Shown here: piece by piece, positions 19,501-29,286 of the stretch | Layout of the letters: each line of letters starts with the position of its first letter | Position numbering within the stretch: position 1 is the first letter of the stretch | Virus record (IMG/VR): IMGVR_UViG_3300026097_000011 | Coordinates: 74,588 to 138,587 of that record | Source of the DNA: a virus | DNA length: 64,000 nt | Reading direction: 5' to 3' (one strand) | Program-made: the position numbers and the translations under genes | The notes under the pieces: model-generated | Databases searched by the model: none | Told to the model about the DNA's origin: nothing | The model's input: only the letters and a program-made list of their open reading frames with translations

Positions 19501-20652
19501 TTCTAGTGTAAAAAAGTTATTAACCGGATCTTCAAATAAATTATAATATCGAGTATATAAACTTCCTCGTGAATCAAAGTCTTCATTTGCAGGAGTATTT
19601 CGTATTGTATAGCCAGGTCCATCATTAAAAAATGAATTTTTAAGTAGAAAAGGATTATTTTTAATCATAAAATCCTCTTTGTATATTGATTTTTCTCCCG
19701 TATTTATATCAAAATTTTCTTTATCAAGTGAAATAGAAAATAGTTCTTGATATTTAATATCGAATCCGACTAAGGGATTTGATATAACATCTGTAAAGTT
19801 TCCGACTGGAGTCTTTACATCTAGTGATATATATTCAGAATATCTACTGAGACCATTATTAATTGAGTTTATCGTGCTGTTTGATATAGTGTTTTTAATC
19901 TCTCGTACCAATTCAAGACGCCTAGCTGAGCTTGCATTATCTGCAATATTTGCATATCCATTAATTATACCATTTGTCATAGTTGGATATTTAGCTTCAG
20001 CTCCTCTTCTTAAATTTTCTTGTTTATTAAATTTAATTTCATTCGCATTTATTATTCCCCAAAGTCTTACTATTTCGGCTTCAGCATCTTCTATTATATC
20101 TGAATTAGGAACAGCTAAACTTTGCTGGTAATTTATTCTAAGTTGTTGATTTGGTATAAGGCTATTTCTATGATAGTCAATGCTATCTCTAAGTCGTTTT
20201 TGTTCAGCTAGAATAGGAGCAAATTCACCAATAATTATTGCCATTCTATTTGAGCGTTCTTCGTAATAGTATTTTAATGGAACTAGTGTATCTTGTAACT
20301 CATATAGACGATTTACTAAAATATTATATTTAGAATGTTTATCTAATTTTTCCTTTACTTCGGCATTAACTTCTTCTACAGATTCGAGGCAATCTTCTCC
20401 ATTAAAAATTTCTTTTTTATTATCTTTAATTATGATTGGAGATTGATCTATATTATCCGCAGGAGCACCTTGGTCGCTACATGATATATCTTCTAAGCTA
20501 GTTGCAATTGGTGCAACAGATGATTCACCTTCACATTTTGAAACTTCAAGTAACTGTTCTAGTTGTTTTTGTGTAAATTTATTATTAACTTCATCTACTG
20601 ATAATCCAGTGATTATTGCTATTTCATTTATTAATAGGTCTAATGATGCCAC
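16501..20652 (-). CDS. Large late protein with coiled coils and a hydrophobic Pro-rich segment; probable virion component
   Basis: 1383-aa ORF with a GTG start, preceded by late motif ATAAATAA (20661-20668). Confidence 0.6.
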   Translation of the reverse strand: MASLDLLINEIAIITGLSVDEVNNKFTQKQLEQLLEVSKCEGESSVAPIATSLEDISCSDQGAPADNIDQSPIIIKDNKKEIFNGEDCLESVEEVNAEVKEKLDKHSKYNILVNRLYELQDTLVPLKYYYEERSNRMAIIIGEFAPILAEQKRLRDSIDYHRNSLIPNQQLRINYQQSLAVPNSDIIEDAEAEIVRLWGIINANEIKFNKQENLRRGAEAKYPTMTNGIINGYANIADNASSARRLELVREIKNTISNSTINSINNGLSRYSEYISLDVKTPVGNFTDVISNPLVGFDIKYQELFSISLDKENFDINTGEKSIYKEDFMIKNNPFLLKNSFFNDGPGYTIRNTPANEDFDSRGSLYTRYYNLFEDPVNNFFTLEERGLTSDIIHLDPKLEGQDLQTKKENGTEYFISNLDKLQNFYQEFDETYKTRRKQIREQIIESELPSIKSQLELVARQDVEILLSIGRINLFNQSGTAQVTNPDGSTKTVGTGMYDGSQTVIEAVNNSNIIFTQRIADLENEIRRIEEILEDVPTAEKIKTSLKEKNEKCFGNIPDEENPCEDVKSVLGSDPFFESINGIDTSLPNFSQLCYWKEFAKLATVQGLFPIPENANTFRYWPVGLIIPTPAKLIKIPLPQVWVPLVAISTPLGVLVTFLNVNGIFISPVVFFMSASGYKQHLITVRGSSEKFGSDSEDELIKPIIKIPLSTQSKLDITKVPTLEPDELLNENEKERIQILEQKLKEAKASGDSVRIYKAEKEIANIKKQAIDKAKPESTKMEEVADKGEKVEEMVENIKKKIFKTMDDLGKPVINRINKLKEQSFKRREELKAAKLKAMENGETSKVKEINEKLKSDGLNIDDKINAYIEDLLDYFDKIIFSKIILPKEPDKLNPNPEVTDEAQNKADEMASSNDREFISNQAVTIKNMFSVAIAKYKQDIESAIESINTNINEDIDKIRELMKDAIDKVANKAKGKGSLPVDSGSATNKLRKANDEVEASKSKSNDEQAKAKEKLDKTQGELSKAMESDRVKQTLSLTPAIISSLAGVSISIDPFAKCCPKPPFSIGFPFPPLVDAAISQGVGLVKDVIDNMSEAELKSLFGGKTNISARDMRLGLLNIIKTAIPTSLSIPKPELNLQAGTDMFSGILGSLSMQQASFPQILAKQQLSKQTSINLSIVKPIIKSAIREYLNNNLLSKNSQPLDTDFIYSNPNDIKAFMKKFIDSMTDKLEDALKPYYAIINAPHIKTGKGLDLNVLESTVFNFPPYGKVAEALFIAKGQLKFSIPKSKSQFVISEQAVRTASSILKTALSPVVNNPVAGLLVASAGVAGALGSIKQIHPILSADDVPPWERLTAKNILLLVFLDEFIKTGADQVGFFRSYL

Positions 20653-20676
20653 TTTTATTCTTATTTATTTAAACAC

Positions 20677-20701
20677 AAAAGCCCTCATTAAGAGAGCTTT
20701 T
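20677..20701 (-). terminator. Intrinsic terminator after groEL
   Basis: Minus strand AAAAGCTCTC-TTAAT-GAGGGCTTTT. Confidence 0.7.
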
Positions 20702-20726
20702 GGTTGAGAAAAGGTAAAGAAGTAAT

Positions 20727-22340
<1,614 letters not shown>

Positions 22341-22347
22341 TTAGTTT

Positions 22348-22376
22348 ATTATACAAGTACATTAGATAAAAGTTTT
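22348..22376 (-). promoter_or_regulatory. Putative early/middle promoter AAAAC-N16-TGTATAAT
   Basis: Recurrent motif, upstream of groEL. Confidence 0.6.
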
Positions 22377-23175
22377 ATAATACAAAATTATTTTTTTCAA
22401 GAAATTCCCTGAGCCTATCTCTCAAATCTAAAGTTTTGTATAGTTTTGGTTTATCTGGACCAATCCATACTAAAAATCCACCTTTTGTTTCGAACCCTTG
22501 TTCTTCTAGCATCAGTCGGTACATGCTTATTTGAATAGAATATCCATTTAAATTATTATCCCATAAATCTTCGAATGGATATAATAATTTCTGACGGCGC
22601 CCATCTTTATGATTATCATCTGTAAACTTCTTATTTGTCTTCCAGTCTCCAATGTAGAAATAAGGATCTAGGTAAAATAGAACATCTAATGTGCCGGCGA
22701 TTCCCCATTTTCTTGAAAATATTCTAAGTTCTTGATGTTTTGCTTCTAATGAATGGAGACGCTCTTCATATACCTTTTTGAATTTTTGAATTCTATCATA
22801 TATACGTTCTTCCCATGTTCCCATTGGATCATGCCCGCCTACTGATTCCATTAGATCAAGCTGTGGTTCTTCTGGATTTTTACCATTATAATAGTCTTCA
22901 ATCCATTCATGGACAAAGGTACCTAAATCAGTTCCTTCTTTTGCAGTTCCAGCCCACTCTTCAAGAATAGCCTCTCTTGTTGTATTTCTAGATTTAGCAA
23001 CATATCCAGCGATTCTATGAGAATCAAAGGGTTTCTTAAACTGACTAATAAAACCGGAAACCGATTCAAACAATTGAACCGGCTTTCCTGTTTCAGGATT
23101 TATGTAAGTATATTGGTGCGCTTCTGGATCAAATTTAAAATTCGGATCCTTAAAATATTCTAACTTATCTAACAT
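22375..23175 (-). CDS. PD-(D/E)XK (RecB-like) exonuclease
   Basis: SVS, GTFVH, E..I...IAGTLDVLF, IGDWKT, YSIQISMY. Confidence 0.85.
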   Translation of the reverse strand: MLDKLEYFKDPNFKFDPEAHQYTYINPETGKPVQLFESVSGFISQFKKPFDSHRIAGYVAKSRNTTREAILEEWAGTAKEGTDLGTFVHEWIEDYYNGKNPEEPQLDLMESVGGHDPMGTWEERIYDRIQKFKKVYEERLHSLEAKHQELRIFSRKWGIAGTLDVLFYLDPYFYIGDWKTNKKFTDDNHKDGRRQKLLYPFEDLWDNNLNGYSIQISMYRLMLEEQGFETKGGFLVWIGPDKPKLYKTLDLRDRLREFLEKNNFVL

Positions 23176-23915
23176 TAATTGATTTGACTTTCAAATCCAT
23201 CTAGTTGATTTAGTCCTGACATTTTTAATAATGCTTGTGCTAATGCATAAACATCTTTTTCGCAATATTTTGCGATTCTTGCATATTCTTGATTTTCCCA
23301 GAATACTCCACTAACTTCTTCTCCTCTGATATCATCCTTTGGGGAATCTAATCCAAGAGCAGTCATTATTAATTCAAGTGAAGCAAAACCTTCCTGCCAT
23401 GCTCCAAAACTCCAATTGTCTGAAGTATCGATGAATGGCATTTCCCATGGTTTCTTATTATGAACTTGTAAATATTCAGGAAGCTTGTAGCCATTTATTA
23501 ATAATCTCTTACACATAACCGGAACATCAAACCTCTTGACATTATGGCCAGTCATTTTGAATTTATTAAACTTAATAGCTACGTTTTCAATGCCATCAAG
23601 TATTTCCATTTCATCATTTCCATAATATGATTTTATAATCATGGACGGAGTGAGTCCATCCCATGTTATTCTTCCAAATGAAGCACATACTATTCTGTTA
23701 AATTCTGGAACAAGTGCTGCTTTATCATCATATAATTCAGCATTTGATTTTTCTCCATTATCTTCTGGCCATCTACTTCTTAGATATTCGCATCTATTTG
23801 CCCAAAGCTTTCCCATTCTAGGATTAGCTAATTCTAGAGCTTCTAAGTTTTTGTATTCTGATGCTGTTTCTAAATCAAAGAAAAGCATTCCCGTTAGTTC
23901 GTCTTGTGTGTACAT
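23175..23915 (-). CDS. Stand-alone DEDDy 3'-5' exonuclease (PolB-exo-like)
   Basis: FFDLET, GHNVKRFDVP, IDT, YCEKDV. Confidence 0.85.
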   Translation of the reverse strand: MYTQDELTGMLFFDLETASEYKNLEALELANPRMGKLWANRCEYLRSRWPEDNGEKSNAELYDDKAALVPEFNRIVCASFGRITWDGLTPSMIIKSYYGNDEMEILDGIENVAIKFNKFKMTGHNVKRFDVPVMCKRLLINGYKLPEYLQVHNKKPWEMPFIDTSDNWSFGAWQEGFASLELIMTALGLDSPKDDIRGEEVSGVFWENQEYARIAKYCEKDVYALAQALLKMSGLNQLDGFESQIN

Positions 23916-23943
23916 TTTATATTATTTTATTTTTAATTTAAGT

Positions 23944-24537
23944 TTAGCCTAGAGTATTACCTATAATCACTTCACCTATTGTTCCATTTACATCACACGA
24001 CACAGTTGAGCTATCTGTGATTCCATTTTCTCCAGTAAGCTGAAACACAGCACTGTATGTTATTGTTGTATTTGCAAAATGATCTGATATTTGTTTTCTA
24101 CATTCTATATCTATTGATCCTCCACCTGCTTCCAATTCAATAACAGATAAAGAAATAGGAGAATTATCCCATGTCGTATCTCCTAATCTTCTGTATTGCC
24201 ATTCAGATATTGATCCATTCGCTACTGAATCGACCTGTACTTCCAATGGTAAATTAAATATTCCAGAATAATTGACGGTTAATATACCAGTTGAGGTGAC
24301 AGTATATGATTCTGAATCATAATCATAAGATCCTAAATCAAGAGTATTAGGAGAAAGAATAGCGCTTGGTATAAATTCTTCGTCATATGGGACAAACTCA
24401 ACTCCAACTGGAGTAAAGTTATCCTTTTCAGTTCCTATAAATGATCTATACAGCCATCCACCGGGAACACGCTTAACAGTATTATATCTGTCAATTTCTA
24501 ATTCTTCATGAAGGCCCATTGTATATATTGTAGCCAT
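23944..24537 (-). CDS. Hypothetical protein
   Basis: 197-aa ORF coupled to the upstream gene (TAATG overlap); N-terminal RVPGGWLY motif and beta-rich C-terminus. Confidence 0.7.
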   Translation of the reverse strand: MATIYTMGLHEELEIDRYNTVKRVPGGWLYRSFIGTEKDNFTPVGVEFVPYDEEFIPSAILSPNTLDLGSYDYDSESYTVTSTGILTVNYSGIFNLPLEVQVDSVANGSISEWQYRRLGDTTWDNSPISLSVIELEAGGGSIDIECRKQISDHFANTTITYSAVFQLTGENGITDSSTVSCDVNGTIGEVIIGNTLG

Positions 24538-24857
24538 TATCCTTTATTATTTTCTTCTACTACTTCATTTGTAGGTTCAGGTCGAGTTGAAACTGCTCTT
24601 CCTTCCATTTTTTCCCAGTCTTTATTTTGACGTACAATCATATTTGTAACTTGGGCTCCAGTAATAGTAGGAAGACCTAATCCTAGTTTTTGAGAAACGT
24701 GTAAGATAGCACTTAAATCCTTTGGAAAACAATTATGTGTAATTATATCAGATTTTCCTTCAACCCAAAACAAATCATCATCTACTCTATTTGAATTTAA
24801 TTCAAGATTATATACGTCTCCTTTAAATTCAGTTCTTTCTATTTTAGTTATTTTCAT
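24537..24857 (-). CDS. Split intein C-fragment (42 aa) fused to the C-extein of UDP-glucose dehydrogenase (64 aa)
   Basis: MKITKIER...GDVYNLEL (block F)...IITHN (block G), followed by CFPKDLSA, the UDPG-DH catalytic CxPKD. The +1 Cys codon is at 24729-24731. Confidence 0.93.
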   Translation of the reverse strand: MKITKIERTEFKGDVYNLELNSNRVDDDLFWVEGKSDIITHNCFPKDLSAILHVSQKLGLGLPTITGAQVTNMIVRQNKDWEKMEGRAVSTRPEPTNEVVEENNKG

Positions 24858-24861
24858 ATTA

Positions 24862-25623
24862 TTATACTTTATTTTCTATTAATTTTTCAAGTTCGTCTTT
24901 AAATATTAGACGAACATTATTACCTTGGTTTTTAAGCGCCTCAAATTTATCAATCTGGAATGTATAGTGAAATTTATTTTTTATATCAACATATTGATTC
25001 CATTCATGAACGAAAAAATCAGGATAATATGATTTATTTTCACCATTTAGCTCATATGATATTCTTCCCTTATGGCAGTCAAATGTTAAATCCTTTGAAT
25101 CTAGCCATTTTATAAATGCAAGTTCCCATGTTCCTTGTACTTTATATGTAGTTCCATTTGAATGTAAATATTCGTACCATTTAGATTGACCAACTTTGAC
25201 TCCGTTATATTTACCATCTGCCCATGCTTTAGCTGTATATTTTGAAATATTATCTCTAAATTCCTGAGTCATTAAAGTCTTTCTAGTTTTAGATGCTTTA
25301 ATTCTTGAATCTAATCTTTTCATACCATTAGATTCACCAATATTGATCTTTCCTTTTTTTGAATTGGAATTTCTAATTTTCCAGTCTGGATCGTTTTTAA
25401 TCATCATATTAATAGCATTTGACATTCTATCTCTAGCTCTTTTAGTTTTTTGCCGCATTTTTTGCCAACATTCTTTACAATAATCTTTATCGAAATCTGG
25501 ATTATTTTTTAATAATGTTTGATGAGATTTCATATTACGATCGTCTATTTTATTACAATTGTCGCATTTAAATATTATTCTGGTTTTAGTATTTAATTTA
25601 TTATCTGAGTATTGAATTAGCAT
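24862..25623 (-). mobile_element. Free-standing putative homing endonuclease (Zn-binding CxxC pairs, NUMOD3-like basic repeats, PD-(D/E)XK domain)
   Basis: CDNC...CKEC; SKKGKINIGESNGM-type repeats; QGTWELAF...YYPDFFV...YVDIK; lies between the split-intein halves. Confidence 0.8.
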
Positions 25624-26701
25624 TAGAGGTCAGTGTTTTCTTATTATTTATTTCTGACCAATTATAAAATTCATCAGTTTCAACTATGTCCTTAGCCATA
25701 GATAGAACAAGTGTTCCATTTCTTAAAACTGGGAAAATATGTTCAGGGGTACATTCTATATTAGATCCATCATGCATTGTGAATGAATATAAACATCCTT
25801 CAAATTGATTTTTAGTTACTTTTTTTACAATCTTAGTTTCCTCAGATTCTATATTGTTATCAAATGAAATAACTTCTATAAGTTCACCATTTTCATATTT
25901 ATTGTATAAATCAAATAGGGACTTATTTCCGTCTGGAGTAGCTACTTCATAATGTCCAGGAAAACAATGTCCTCCAAATCCTCTGTCTCCATCTGGACCC
26001 GGTACGTTATAGTGGGAATTTCCAATTCTAGGATCATGCATCGTTGCTTCTATTACATCGTCATATTTGATATCTAACTTTTCACAAAGAGAGTAAATAT
26101 CATTAAAGAAGCTGACTTTAGTTGCTAGAAAAAGGTTAGTTGTGTACTTTGTCATTTCTGCTTCTTTTGAATTGACAATGATTATTTCTGCACCTGGGAG
26201 TCCCTTTTGAAATATTTCCCTAACTGGATCCACATATTCCATGTAGTCTATTCCAAGAACTACTCTTGTTTGATTTTTGAAATCTTCAATAGCATTTGCC
26301 TCAGTTAAAAATTCAGGACTAAATGTAACACCTACTCTATTTGATAAGCCATTTAACATCTCTGTTGTTCCAGGTGGAACTGTTGATTTTACAATGGTGA
26401 TTACGTTTTTATCTTGAATTTCTGCTTCTTTTGCTATGTCTTCGATAACTGATTCTACGATTCTAGTATCACATTCTCCATCTTCAAACATTGGAGTTGG
26501 AACACATACAAATATAACTTCGCAGTTTTCAACTAACATCTTTATATCTATGCTATTTTTATCAACAAATCCATTCGTTATAATTGATTTAGTTGAATCC
26601 TTGTCGTACGCAAAAACAGTAAATGTTTTACTAAGCTCAGTCATTACTGCGGATCCTACGAATCCCTGTCCAATTATTCCTATATTTGCTAATTCTTTCA
26701 T
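25601..26701 (-). CDS. ugd: UDP-glucose/GDP-mannose dehydrogenase N-extein (245 aa) fused to split intein N-fragment (121 aa)
   Basis: GIIGQGFVG, FVCVPTP, KSTVPPGT, SPEFL, EMTKY, DPRIG, GFGGH, then intein block A CFPGHYEVATPDG (Cys codon 25964-25966) and block B IECTPEHIFPV. Confidence 0.93.
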   Translation of the reverse strand: MKELANIGIIGQGFVGSAVMTELSKTFTVFAYDKDSTKSIITNGFVDKNSIDIKMLVENCEVIFVCVPTPMFEDGECDTRIVESVIEDIAKEAEIQDKNVITIVKSTVPPGTTEMLNGLSNRVGVTFSPEFLTEANAIEDFKNQTRVVLGIDYMEYVDPVREIFQKGLPGAEIIIVNSKEAEMTKYTTNLFLATKVSFFNDIYSLCEKLDIKYDDVIEATMHDPRIGNSHYNVPGPDGDRGFGGHCFPGHYEVATPDGNKSLFDLYNKYENGELIEVISFDNNIESEETKIVKKVTKNQFEGCLYSFTMHDGSNIECTPEHIFPVLRNGTLVLSMAKDIVETDEFYNWSEINNKKTLTSNANSILR

Positions 26702-26942
26702 ATTAATTCTTTCAATCTTTTACTAAGTTTTTAACAATAGTTTTATTACTTATCTAATTTACAATCATCTAAGTCTTTGACTTTTCCATGATATGTTTTT
26801 CGATATGCGTGTACTGTTTTAATAGGAAGGAATAATTCCAAATATAGCTAGTTTTATTCTAGTTACTTTTACTTGAATTCGTCCCATTTTTTTATGATAG
26901 CGATTTTCTAGTCTACTTTTTCTTTTTACTTTTATTATCATG

Positions 26943-27452
26943 TTAACAAAATTCGCTTGATGATGATACTCTAAGTCCATCTACTAATCTATCATAATGA
27001 TCACTTCCAGAAAACATAGTTCTAGGTTTTCCTTGATCATCAAATTGTTCTTTGTAGTATTTTTCTCCGGCATACCATCCATCAGGTTGACCCCATTCAA
27101 GAGCCATTTGGATAAACTCTTCAACATCATGTTCAGTTCCATATTCGTCTACTATTCTACCCGATCTAATAAACTCAAGAAGTTCTTTTTTATTTGTATA
27201 GAATTTATCATCATTAAAGTTCCAGCAAAATAGCCACCCAGTACTTCTTTTTCCGACATGAATATTTGTCTTATTTACAAATTCATCCCATGGAGACATT
27301 TTATCCCATTCATTGTCTAGTATTCCAATCGTTTTGAATTCATTAGATATGATATGAGCTCTCATGTCTATATCCATGACTCTCTCTTGTAAAACACCCT
27401 TGCGGCGTTTCATTTCTTCTTCTGTTGGTATTCTATAAAAATTTGTTCCCAT
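26943..27452 (-). CDS. Hypothetical phage protein
   Basis: Likely start MGTNFY at 27452; HVGKRSTGWLFCW and IVDEYG motifs. Confidence 0.7.
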   Translation of the reverse strand: MGTNFYRIPTEEEMKRRKGVLQERVMDIDMRAHIISNEFKTIGILDNEWDKMSPWDEFVNKTNIHVGKRSTGWLFCWNFNDDKFYTNKKELLEFIRSGRIVDEYGTEHDVEEFIQMALEWGQPDGWYAGEKYYKEQFDDQGKPRTMFSGSDHYDRLVDGLRVSSSSEFC

Positions 27453-27453
27453 A

Positions 27454-27885
27454 TTACATTGATATTCCTCCGTGAATAGTTTTAGCGTCAATATCACCGG
27501 ACATAGTTTCTACTTTTCCTCTGATATCTCCACATTCAACGTCCCCAGATAGTGTGTTTACATTTCCAGAAATATTTCCATCGACTTTAAGATCACCTGA
27601 TGTCGATTCTACGTCGCCATTAACATCGCCATGGACAACTACGTCTCCCGATGTGGTTTCTATTGTCCCATTGTTTCCAGTAATATTAAGGGACTGGCAT
27701 GCAACCACATTTAAAGATTCTACATCACCTGTGATTTCTATTTTAAGATTATCATATTCATATGTATAATCTACTCCATCAACTGTTATTTTATTCTTTG
27801 AAATAGAAATTTTATTTCCATTAACATCAGCTGTATTGAATTTAATTTGTGCCATTCCCTTTAATATATTTTTAATGAATTTCAT
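27454..27885 (-). CDS. Beta-solenoid repeat protein (DUF4097/adhesin-like)
   Basis: Tandem GxVxTxSGDV repeats. Confidence 0.7.
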   Translation of the reverse strand: MKFIKNILKGMAQIKFNTADVNGNKISISKNKITVDGVDYTYEYDNLKIEITGDVESLNVVACQSLNITGNNGTIETTSGDVVVHGDVNGDVESTSGDLKVDGNISGNVNTLSGDVECGDIRGKVETMSGDIDAKTIHGGISM

Positions 27886-28052
27886 TCCGAGTCCTTAGTT
27901 GATCTAATTTCCCACTTGAATGGGTCTCTATTTCTCTGATACTGATCCATTACGTATTCAATATTACTCGTAGTAGTCTTGAATGTTTCAGTTGTTCCAT
28001 TTTGATACGTGATATCTATCACATAAGATAATTCCATGTTCTCAGCTTCCAT
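27882..28052 (-). CDS. Small hypothetical protein (56 aa, not in ORF track)
   Basis: MEAENMELSYVIDITYQNG...KDSE; the TGA overlaps the next ATG (ATGA). Confidence 0.6.
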   Translation of the reverse strand: MEAENMELSYVIDITYQNGTTETFKTTTSNIEYVMDQYQRNRDPFKWEIRSTKDSE

Positions 28053-28054
28053 AA

Positions 28055-28234
28055 TTATTGTAATTTTGATTCATCAAAGTCCTCAACTTGAATAACTGTT
28101 TTTGCCTCTTGGCATTTTCCAGCTCGATAATATTTAGTCCAAATGTCTCCATTTTCTTCTCCTTCTCCCTTTAATATAAATAAGGCATCAGGATATTCTT
28201 TACTTATTTTAATCATTTCTTCATGATGGTCATA
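28055..28234 (-). pseudogene. Probable 5'-truncated phage gene remnant (or 53-aa ORF from ATG 28216)
   Basis: YDHHEEMIKISKEYPDALFILKGEGEENGDIWTKYY...KLQ*, in frame directly after the upstream gene's TAA. Confidence 0.45.
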
Positions 28235-28639
28235 TTAGTATTTTCTTTCTTGATCAAATAATTTCCATATTCCTTCACCTTCATGTATTTCGTAGAATCC
28301 ATGTTTATGCCATCTTAAGACTCCAACTGGAGGATGTTTCTTAACATGGCCGTCTGATGTTGCACCTAACCATTTTTCAATTCGCATTGAAATCTTGGCA
28401 CCAGTAACTGATCCAAGCATTGTTCCAACTGCATATGGAATAAACAAGGTCCAGCTCATGTCAGCTAAAATAAGTTCCCTAAATGTAAGGAACCAAATTG
28501 TATTTGAAAAGAACGAAGCGATCAAATGATACTTCATATTGTCTCTATTGCGAGATCGAGATACTATCGAAAAACTAATATTTTGCAAAAATGCTAGTGT
28601 AAATATTGTTGAAATCGCTATAATAAATGTAATACTCAT
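28235..28639 (-). CDS. Small membrane protein (about 3 TM helices)
   Basis: Three hydrophobic segments. Confidence 0.7.
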   Translation of the reverse strand: MSITFIIAISTIFTLAFLQNISFSIVSRSRNRDNMKYHLIASFFSNTIWFLTFRELILADMSWTLFIPYAVGTMLGSVTGAKISMRIEKWLGATSDGHVKKHPPVGVLRWHKHGFYEIHEGEGIWKLFDQERKY

Positions 28640-29211
28640 GTTATCTTCTTCTTCTTTTTAAGTTCCCAGATAAATTTATTTCTAAAGTCGTTATCATCCC
28701 ACCCGGGTATTAATTCTCCAATGGTCTTAGGAGTATAATCTATTTGTTCCATAGATACACATATATATCTCTTATCTTGTTTCTTAAACCATCTACCGAA
28801 TAAACCATGTGTTTCTACATTATATTCATGAATATGTCCGTGAATATTATAAGGAACTCTATATAGTAGTTCTCTAGAATGTATCGGAGCATGTGTTAGA
28901 AATATCTCTTTGTACTTTGTCATTCCACCGATAGATTCTACATGTTTAAGTAGTTCATGGCAATGGCGTAACATATCATGATTTCCTCCAATTACTCTTT
29001 TGATTCCATTAAGACGATCTAAATATTTATAGCCGCTTGTCTTTTCCATAGTTATATCTCCAAGAATATATGTAATATCCTTTTTTCTAACTACACTGTT
29101 CCATTTAGCTACAATATGTTCATCATGCTCTTCAGCTGATGTAAATCCTCGTTTTATTGCCATATTCTCATGTTCAAAATGAGGATCTGCACAAATTCTT
29201 ACTATGCTCAT
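28636..29211 (-). CDS. Calcineurin-like metallophosphoesterase
   Basis: ADPHF, LGDI, GNHD, THAP, NIHGHIH. Confidence 0.9.
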   Translation of the reverse strand: MSIVRICADPHFEHENMAIKRGFTSAEEHDEHIVAKWNSVVRKKDITYILGDITMEKTSGYKYLDRLNGIKRVIGGNHDMLRHCHELLKHVESIGGMTKYKEIFLTHAPIHSRELLYRVPYNIHGHIHEYNVETHGLFGRWFKKQDKRYICVSMEQIDYTPKTIGELIPGWDDNDFRNKFIWELKKKKKIT

Positions 29212-29286
29212 ATGTTTATATTATACTACTTTTATATAATTTTTTCCAAGTTAGTTTTAAATAAATAACTAAAAATACTGAGGACA

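Noticed and set aside
22375-23175. Cas4 / CRISPR-Cas system
   Set aside because: It lacks the four Fe-S cysteines, and I saw no repeat-spacer array or other cas genes.
24862-25623. Group I intron carrying the endonuclease
   Set aside because: There is no non-coding space for a ribozyme core: the ORFs overlap or abut within 4 nt.
24537-26701. A single cis-intein with an internal endonuclease, broken by sequencing errors
   Set aside because: It would need two independent indels plus stops. Each ORF has its own ATG, and IntC starts with a typical split-intein MKI.KI N-terminus. Not fully excluded without reads.
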